64,000 bases of DNA from assembly GCA_963664435.2 (NCBI GenBank), contig CAXXKM010000001.1, positions 544,001 to 608,000 of the forward strand. Reading direction: 5' to 3'. Each line of letters begins with the position of its first letter. Positions within the stretch are counted from its first letter, which is position 1. Below the pieces are notes generated by a model that saw nothing but the letters and a program-made list of their open reading frames with translations, was not told the DNA's origin and ran no database searches. Of the stretch, positions 57,318 through 64,000 are shown in pieces. This stretch comes from Longimicrobiales bacterium (GTDB taxonomy: Bacteria > Gemmatimonadota > Gemmatimonadetes > Longimicrobiales > Gaopeijiaceae). Position numbers and translations under genes: made by a program.

Positions 57318-59798
57318 CTATCCGCCCTCTACGCCTTCAGCCGTCGCAGCGCCGATGTCCTGCCTGCTGCGGAAGGCGTCGCTGGTCGCGACGCCCAGGA
57401 TGAAGGAAGAGATTCTGTAGTCGTTCGCCTCCGCCTCGCGGGCGATGGCGCGTATGGTCGGCCCGTCGTAGTACTCCACGCGACGCCCGAGGGCGTAGGC
57501 CAGCAGGTTCATGGTGAACGTGCGCACCAGCGGAATCGGGCGCTCCAGGAGCGCGTCCGCGAGCTGAACCGCGTTGGTCAGCTGCGTGCCGTCGTAGAGC
57601 TGGCCCCGGGCATCGAGTGGTGACCCGCTCTCGCGAATCCGCCATTCCCCGGTCACCCCGAAGTTCTCCAGCGCCACGCCGATGGGGTCCATGAACTGAT
57701 GGCAGGCGGCGCACACCGGGTTGCGCCGATGGATCTCCAGGCGCTCGCGCGTGGTGAGCAGCCGGCCCTCGCCTTCGTCTTCGGTCTCTTCGAGAGCCGG
57801 CACGTCGGGCGGAGGCGGCGGGGGCGGCGCGTCAAGCAGCACTTCCATCACCCATTTGCCCCGCAGGACCGGCGACGTCCGCGTCCCCATGGACGTCGAC
57901 ATCAGCACGCTGCCGTGCCCCAGCAATCCCTGGCGCAGCATCCCCTCGGGATACTCCACGCGCCGGAAGCCCTCTCCGACCACGCCCTGGATGCCGTAAT
58001 GCTCCGCCAGACGCTGGTTCATGAAGCTGTAGTCGGCGCTGTAGAGCTCCAGCAGGCTCCGGTCCTCACGCACCAGATGATCGAAGAACAGCTCGGTTTC
58101 GCGCCGCATGGCGGCCTTGAGCTGCTCGTTGAAGTGGGGGAACCAGAAGGCGTCCGGCTGCACCCTCTCGAGATCCTGGAGCCTCAGCCACTGGGTGGCG
58201 AAGCGTGTCGCCAGGCTCTCGGAGCGCGGATCGGCCAGCATCCGGCGGACCTGCTGCTCCAGAACGCCGGAGCCCGAGAGCCGGTTGCGGCTCGCGAGCG
58301 AGATCAGTTCGTCGTCCGGCTGCGTTCCCCAGAGGAAATACGACAGCCTGGATGCGAGAGCGAGGTCGCTGATCGGATAGCTCCCTCCCGCCTCGAGCGC
58401 GTTCTCCGGGGCCTCCTCGATTCTGAACACGAAGTGCGGGCTCGCCAGGATGGCCTCGAGGACGGTGCGCACGCCGGTCTCGAACCCCCCCTCGGCGGCC
58501 CCCACGTCGTAGAACGACATCAGGCCCGCGAGGTCCGGGTCGGTGAGTGGCCGGCGATAGGCCTGCCGGGCCAGCCTTGCAGCGATCTCGCGGGCACAGG
58601 ATCGTTCGGCCTCCGGCGACGTCGGCCGGCAACTGAAGACCCGCTGCCGGCTCGGGGTCTCGGAGACGCCCTGCGGATCGAGGGGGCCGCGGACCGTAAG
58701 GTCTCTGAGGTGGGTCAGAACGACGAATCCCGTCCCGATGCGGAAGCGGACGCCTGCGTTGGACCAGCCGAAGGGCTCCTGCAGGTCGGCGTAGGGACCG
58801 TCCTGCTTCCTGATGAACGCCGCCGCGACCCGATGCTGGCCCGCGCTTACGAAGACGGGATCGGTGAACTGGTTCCAGTTGGGGCCGAAGTCCGCGTCCC
58901 GCCGGAGCTCCTCCACCGGAAGCAGAACGACGCGCTCCCCGTCGATGGAGATGTCCATTTCCGCGAAGCGCTCATGGTCCCCCGCCCAGAACGACATCTC
59001 GAAGATATACTCGCCGTCCGCGGGGAAATGGTGGTCGACCACGATGCCGCCGCGGGTGCCGTAGGGCGCGCCCTCCACATGGTCCCACTCGTGCTGGGAC
59101 TGGTACGTGGACACGAGGTAGGTTTTGGAGTCCGAGGTCGCATCGGGGTGCCCCAGCACCAGACGGCTGACGTCGTTGGCGGCGTTCAGATACGAATTGA
59201 GGAGCGTAGGCGACAGCGGCTGGGAGACCGCCATGTGGTCGAAGTTCCCGAGATAGAGGTCCGGGGGAAGCCACTGGCTGGCGTCGACATCGATGCCGAA
59301 GAGGTCCAGGACGGCCTTCTCGTACTCGGCCCGGTTGAGCCGCTGGAAGCTGCGGTTGCCCGGGTTGGGGTTGGCCGCCGCATAGCCGTCGATGGCCTGC
59401 TCAAGGGTCTCGACGAGCGCAAGGAGCGTGTCCCCCGCCGGACGGGGGATGCCGGGCGGAGGCATCATCCCGGTGCGCAGCTTGGCGACCATGCGTTCCG
59501 CCGTCTCCCAGTCCTCCCACGGGGCGCTCACGTCGAAGCCCTGGACCGACATGTTGCCGGTCATCATGGCGTCGTTGTGACAGACCTGGCAGTACTGGCG
59601 GACGACGGCGGTGAGGGCTTCGGACGAGGGGGCGGTGCGGGGCGCCGCGGACCGGCCCGCGGCGCCGGGAATGTGGCTGGCCGCGAGCGCCGGGGCGGAA
59701 AGTCCGATCGCAGATTGGGACCTCGGCGCGCGCCCTCCATCATGGCCCACAAACAGGGCCAGACCCAGGAGCGAGATTCCTGGAAGGAAAGCTCTCAC
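57318..59798 (-). CDS. Diheme DUF1592-type protein (planctomycete cytochrome c plus DUF1587/1595/1592/1588/1585-like domains)
   Basis: GGAGGT RBS then GTG; CQVCH and CAACH; RLNRAEY, LASRLSYFLW, TSPVLRGKWV, MDPIGVALENF, YALGR. Confidence 0.88.
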   Translation of the reverse strand: MRAFLPGISLLGLALFVGHDGGRAPRSQSAIGLSAPALAASHIPGAAGRSAAPRTAPSSEALTAVVRQYCQVCHNDAMMTGNMSVQGFDVSAPWEDWETAERMVAKLRTGMMPPPGIPRPAGDTLLALVETLEQAIDGYAAANPNPGNRSFQRLNRAEYEKAVLDLFGIDVDASQWLPPDLYLGNFDHMAVSQPLSPTLLNSYLNAANDVSRLVLGHPDATSDSKTYLVSTYQSQHEWDHVEGAPYGTRGGIVVDHHFPADGEYIFEMSFWAGDHERFAEMDISIDGERVVLLPVEELRRDADFGPNWNQFTDPVFVSAGQHRVAAAFIRKQDGPYADLQEPFGWSNAGVRFRIGTGFVVLTHLRDLTVRGPLDPQGVSETPSRQRVFSCRPTSPEAERSCAREIAARLARQAYRRPLTDPDLAGLMSFYDVGAAEGGFETGVRTVLEAILASPHFVFRIEEAPENALEAGGSYPISDLALASRLSYFLWGTQPDDELISLASRNRLSGSGVLEQQVRRMLADPRSESLATRFATQWLRLQDLERVQPDAFWFPHFNEQLKAAMRRETELFFDHLVREDRSLLELYSADYSFMNQRLAEHYGIQGVVGEGFRRVEYPEGMLRQGLLGHGSVLMSTSMGTRTSPVLRGKWVMEVLLDAPPPPPPPDVPALEETEDEGEGRLLTTRERLEIHRRNPVCAACHQFMDPIGVALENFGVTGEWRIRESGSPLDARGQLYDGTQLTNAVQLADALLERPIPLVRTFTMNLLAYALGRRVEYYDGPTIRAIAREAEANDYRISSFILGVATSDAFRSRQDIGAATAEGVEGG

Positions 59799-60077
59799 AA
59801 ACACCTCCGTCTGCAGACGGCTGCGCGGAATGCGCACGCGCCCCCGGGGCACACTGCTCCCGGGCATAGCGCCGCTTCAAAGTACGCCTTGGGCTTTCCC
59901 GTTCGCAAGCACGGCGGTCCGGACTGGTTCGAACTGCTTCGCACTGCCAGCGGTCACCGGCGCCGCCATCAACGCGCACCGCCATCGGCGGCGGCGCGCT
60001 CCCGCAAATCCGCTCCTGAAGTACCCCTGCGTACCTGCCCGGGTGCGCGCTCCTCCCGCGCCCGTTTCCTGCCTTCG

Positions 60078-61862
60078 CTACCGGGGAATCACCGGCAGCG
60101 TGATGTGCGACGGATACCGGGCGTTGTGGTAGATCGTCTGACTGGCCGACTGCACTTCGGTCTCGAGATGGACCGGGCCGCCGGTGTTCGGGTTGCGGTC
60201 GTACTTGGGGAAGTTGCTGCTCGAGATCTCGACGCGGATCTGGTGGCCTTCCTGGAAAAGGTTGCTGCTCGCCCACAGATCGATGTTGAACTCGTACACC
60301 GTGCCCGGTTCCAGCAGCTCGAAGTCCCTGAAGTCGGGACTGCTGTGATAGCGCGCGCGCAGGATGCCATCGGCGATGTTGATGGCCTTTCCGTCCGGAT
60401 GGACGTCAACCAGCATGGCGGTGAAGTCGGTGTCGGGTGCGGTGGTCGATGCGTATAGCGTGGCCGTGATCGGGCCGGTTACCTCCACGGCCTCCTCCAG
60501 CGGCGGGGTGCTGAACACCAGGATGTCCTCCCGCTCCGCGATGTCCGCCCGGTCGAAGGGGCCGGGGGGCGTGGGCCCGAACATGAGGTTGCCGCCGCGG
60601 GTGGGGACCGGGTTCATCGGGTCGTAGACGAACTCGTCGACCGGGTCGGCGGCTCCCGGCATCTCCGCGCTCAGGGTCCCGTCGCCGCCTGAGCCGTTCG
60701 CGTTGCCCCCGCTGTGGAAGTAGTAGTTCGTGTACTGGGTGCGGGCGATCGGCCACTCGTTCTCGGAGCGCCAGACGTTCTCGCCCATGACGAAGATCCG
60801 CACCGGCGGCTCGTCCAGATAGCCGTTGTCGGCTCCCTGGAGCAGGGCATCGAACCACTTCACGTGCAGGCTGTCGAAGTCGACGGTGGCGTCCGGCCCG
60901 AAATCGATGCCGTCGTACACGAAGTTCGGGACGCTGGCGTGCGGCCAGGGGCCGATGAGCAGCTTCTGATTCTCCCGCGCGTACTCGTTGTGGCCCTTCT
61001 CGACCATGCCCGTGTAGCTGACCAGAGTGCCGTCGAGGAAGACATCGTACCACCCGCCGATATTCAGGGAAGCCGCGGCGAAATCCTCCAGGCGCGCTTC
61101 CGAGTCGAGCACTTCCCAGTAGGCGTCGTAGGTCGGATGCATCACGAAGTCGCGCCACCAGGGATTGTCCTGGCCCGTGGCCGCGCCCATCTCCAGCAGC
61201 GGCATGGTCCAGAGCACCTGGTCCCAGTCCGGGTTGCCCGCCTGGCCGGTGCGCCCGCCCATCCCCGACGCCCAGCCGATGCGCGAGCCGAGCGCGAGGG
61301 CGCCGCCTGGATAGGCCGTGTCGAAGTAGTAGTTGAACGGGGTCACCCGGGGGGCCATCGCCTTCAGGTATGGGGATCTGAACTCCGCGCCCTTCCACTG
61401 CGTGGTGGCCAGGTAGGAGTTGCCGTGGGTGCCCACCTGTCCGTCCGACCATGGCTGCTGGCCGATCCAGTTCTGCGTGTCGTGGCTGTCGTTGGCCTCG
61501 GCCAGGTAGGGATACCAGCTGCCCTCGGAGTCGAAGCGCCCGCGCACGTTCTGATGGACGTAGACGTATCCGCGCTCGGCCCAGCGCAGGCCCTCCTCCC
61601 ACGAGGCGGCGTCGGAGCCGTTGTCGTAGGGGTCGCGGATCAGCAGCGCGGGATGGCGGCCCGGCGCGGCCGGCCGGTAGACATCCGTGGAGAGAAGCGT
61701 GCCGTCGCGCATGGGCACCATGAGGTTGTGGTGCACGATCGCGCTCTCGCCGGCGCGGAATTCACCGCCGTGCAACTGCTGCGCCTCCAGCGGAGCCGTG
61801 GACAGCGAAAGAAGCAGAACGAGCCCGCCTGCGGCGGTCCTTCCAATGGTACGCGACTTCAT
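60078..61862 (-). CDS. CocE/NonD-family hydrolase, exported
   Basis: Signal peptide; VPMRDG, RGRFDSEG, GNSYLA nucleophile, GGWYD, GPWPH, SSNFP. Confidence 0.92.
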   Translation of the reverse strand: MKSRTIGRTAAGGLVLLLSLSTAPLEAQQLHGGEFRAGESAIVHHNLMVPMRDGTLLSTDVYRPAAPGRHPALLIRDPYDNGSDAASWEEGLRWAERGYVYVHQNVRGRFDSEGSWYPYLAEANDSHDTQNWIGQQPWSDGQVGTHGNSYLATTQWKGAEFRSPYLKAMAPRVTPFNYYFDTAYPGGALALGSRIGWASGMGGRTGQAGNPDWDQVLWTMPLLEMGAATGQDNPWWRDFVMHPTYDAYWEVLDSEARLEDFAAASLNIGGWYDVFLDGTLVSYTGMVEKGHNEYARENQKLLIGPWPHASVPNFVYDGIDFGPDATVDFDSLHVKWFDALLQGADNGYLDEPPVRIFVMGENVWRSENEWPIARTQYTNYYFHSGGNANGSGGDGTLSAEMPGAADPVDEFVYDPMNPVPTRGGNLMFGPTPPGPFDRADIAEREDILVFSTPPLEEAVEVTGPITATLYASTTAPDTDFTAMLVDVHPDGKAINIADGILRARYHSSPDFRDFELLEPGTVYEFNIDLWASSNLFQEGHQIRVEISSSNFPKYDRNPNTGGPVHLETEVQSASQTIYHNARYPSHITLPVIPR

Positions 61863-61953
61863 GACGATCTCCTGTAAGGAAATGATGTTCCCGCCCGCTT
61901 CACGGGCGAAGCATCGACAACCTGCGTCCTGGTTTTTGCGGAGTTCCGACGGT

Positions 61954-62829
61954 TCAGTTGCGGTCGGACTCCCCGATGGCCGCGTGGATGGCCTCCACCG
62001 AGACATCCGCGATCCAGTCCACGAGCTCGCGCCCGAGCGTCAGGGTGCGGGGGATGGGCGCCAGGTCGACGCCGTTGATCGAGAAGTGTCCCGCGCGGAT
62101 GCGCTGCTCCATGCGTACGGTGGTGGGATCCGTGAGCATCATGATGGAGGTGGCGCTGAACTCGTCGTGAAGGCCGGGGTCCTGCATCACCTCGTTGATG
62201 CCGCGCTCCCGCAGCCATTCCTGCCGCTGCACCCAGTTGTAATACTCGGGAACATGGTGGATGCTGGTCTTCCCATCGGTCCACTTGGCGGAAAGGGCCT
62301 GCGCCACCTCGAGTTGCGGCTGCTGATTGCCGCCGCTGTCGCCGATGAGGAGGATGTGCTCGAAGCCGTTGGCCCGCAGGGCGGTGGAAACATCGGTGAG
62401 CACGCTCTTGAAGGTCTCGACCCTCACCCCGATGGTGCCCGGATAGCGGATGGTGCCGGGTTCCAGGTCGATCTCCCCTTCGGGTACGTACTTGATGATC
62501 GGGGCGATGAGGGCATTGCCCAGCTTGCGCGCAATCGCCTCGGCCGTCTGCTGCAGGATGTAGTTGTGCTTGCCGCCCGCCAGGTAAGGGCCGTTTTCCT
62601 CCACTCCTCCGGTGGGCACGAGCACCGTCGTCTTCCCGGCACGGATCGCGTCGCGCACCTCCATGAAGGTGAGTTCCTCGATCCAGACGGACTCCAGTGC
62701 GTCGATCGGCCTGGGCGTGTCGGGATCGATCGGATTTCCGCCGCTCCCGGGCCTGGGCGCCTGCTGCGCGTCGACCGCGTTCGGGAGAAGGATCAGGGCG
62801 AGGGCGAACAGCTTCACGAACCGGGCCAT
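61954..62829 (-). CDS. Creatininase-family amidohydrolase, exported
   Basis: Signal peptide; EELTFMEVRD, PTGGVEENGP, YPGTI, GDSGGNQ. Confidence 0.82.
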   Translation of the reverse strand: MARFVKLFALALILLPNAVDAQQAPRPGSGGNPIDPDTPRPIDALESVWIEELTFMEVRDAIRAGKTTVLVPTGGVEENGPYLAGGKHNYILQQTAEAIARKLGNALIAPIIKYVPEGEIDLEPGTIRYPGTIGVRVETFKSVLTDVSTALRANGFEHILLIGDSGGNQQPQLEVAQALSAKWTDGKTSIHHVPEYYNWVQRQEWLRERGINEVMQDPGLHDEFSATSIMMLTDPTTVRMEQRIRAGHFSINGVDLAPIPRTLTLGRELVDWIADVSVEAIHAAIGESDRN

Positions 62830-63011
62830 CAATGCCTCCGGGATTGCGGGATTGCGGTCAGAAACTGACCGGGGTGCATGCATCGGCACCGTAACGGCGG
62901 AAATGGCGGTACGCAAGCCAGCCGCGAACCGCGCAGACCCCGGTCCCGGCGAAGCGATCCGGCACCGATGCGCCGCCGCTCGAACGCCGCCAGGAGCTCC
63001 TCCGCGGAAAG

Positions 63012-64000
63012 CTAGCCCGACCTCCGGTGCCAGGCCGCAAGCACCTCGGCCTCGCGTTCGGCGGCGAGGCCCGAGCGCATGGGCATCCGATCCTCTTCGG
63101 GAAGCGCCTTCCACCACTCGAGCGTCTCGGCCGCGGTGACCGCGAGCGGCCGATAGCGCAGGCCGGCGGCGATGCCCTGGGCGCGGCTCATGCGCGCGAA
63201 CCCCGTGGTCGGTCCCACCGGCGGCTGCCAGACCGGCAGGTCGCTCCAGGGCCGGACGCCCTGATCCCGCAGGAAATCGAGGGCGACGAAGGTGAGGTTC
63301 GAGGGCGTCGAGGTCACCGCCTTGATCCCGTGGAGGAACTCCTCCATGTGCAGGTCGCCCTCCGGTCCGATCACGTTGTAGAGGCCCCTCGTCTCCTGTT
63401 CGAGCAGATGAACCATGAACTCGGCCAGATCCCGCACGTCGATGTACTGCACGGGATCCATGGGGGTGTTGGGAGCGAGCACTTCCCCGCCCCGGTCCAT
63501 GCGCGCGCACCAGTAGGTGAAGCGGTCGCTCCGGTCTCCCGGGCCCGCCACGAGGCCGGGGCGGACGATGGTGCAGCGGTCCCCGAAGGCGGCCTGCAGT
63601 TCCTGCTCGGCAAGCGCCTTCATCGGCCCGTAGCCCTCCCACTCCTCCATCGGCAGGTCCGCCTGTCCCACCACGGCGGACTCGTCGATCCCGATCTCCA
63701 CCCGGGACATGTAGGCCGCCTGGGTGGAGATGAAGAGGTATTGATCCGTCCGGTCCACCAGCAAGCGGGCCGTGGCGCGAACCTGGTCGGGGGTGTAGCC
63801 GGAGTTGTCGATGACCACGTCCCAGGTGCGGTCTCCCGCGAGGGACGAAAGGTCGCCGTCGCGGTCCCCTATCAGGTTTTCCAGCCCGCTGAAACGGTCC
63901 TGGAACATGCGCGGCTGGCTGCGCCCGCGATTGAACAGGGTGAGCTCGTGGCCGCGCGACAGAATGCGATCGACCTGCCAGGGGCCGATGAACCCCGTGC
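63012..64000 (-). CDS. NAD-dependent epimerase/dehydratase (atypical SDR), 5'-truncated by window
   Basis: TGFIG at the window edge, FNRG, WDVVID, YGPMK, RPGLVAGPGD, IDVRDLA. Confidence 0.88.
   Translation of the reverse strand, partial: TGFIGPWQVDRILSRGHELTLFNRGRSQPRMFQDRFSGLENLIGDRDGDLSSLAGDRTWDVVIDNSGYTPDQVRATARLLVDRTDQYLFISTQAAYMSRVEIGIDESAVVGQADLPMEEWEGYGPMKALAEQELQAAFGDRCTIVRPGLVAGPGDRSDRFTYWCARMDRGGEVLAPNTPMDPVQYIDVRDLAEFMVHLLEQETRGLYNVIGPEGDLHMEEFLHGIKAVTSTPSNLTFVALDFLRDQGVRPWSDLPVWQPPVGPTTGFARMSRAQGIAAGLRYRPLAVTAAETLEWWKALPEEDRMPMRSGLAAEREAEVLAAWHRRSG

Overview
High-GC bacterial chromosomal window with no rRNA, tRNA, CRISPR array, transposase or prophage visible. The gene content (SupA-type PKS, SusC/SusD pair outside Bacteroidota, many exported hydrolases) suggests a Gemmatimonadota-like marine sponge symbiont; this is inference. 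In order, the window holds: (1) the 3' part of a sup-type type I PKS (MT-ER-KR-ACP-KS-degenerate AT), a coupled NCS2-like permease with an RsbW-like tail, and a convergent free ACP plus frameshifted alpha/beta hydrolase; (2) a TolB-like protein, greA, purE and tyrS; (3) a menF-menD-menB-menA-menE operon lacking menH and menC; (4) a run of exported amidohydrolases, peptidases and transporters, a hendecad coiled-coil repeat protein and a decayed glycosyltransferase remnant; (5) DNA repair genes (ada/ogt, xth, fpg-like) around a membrane-anchored DtxR-FeoA-FeoA/feoB unit with tandem palindromic operators and a 24-bp tandem repeat; (6) a long co-oriented block of epimerase, exported creatininase-like protein, CocE hydrolase, diheme DUF1592 protein, Tat DUF1552 protein, exported ankyrin protein and SusC/SusD, facing two paralogous lipoproteins. 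Block 6, the DtxR-FeoA fusion and the sup locus are the best candidates for undescribed systems. All family calls come from motifs read by eye; no searches were run.
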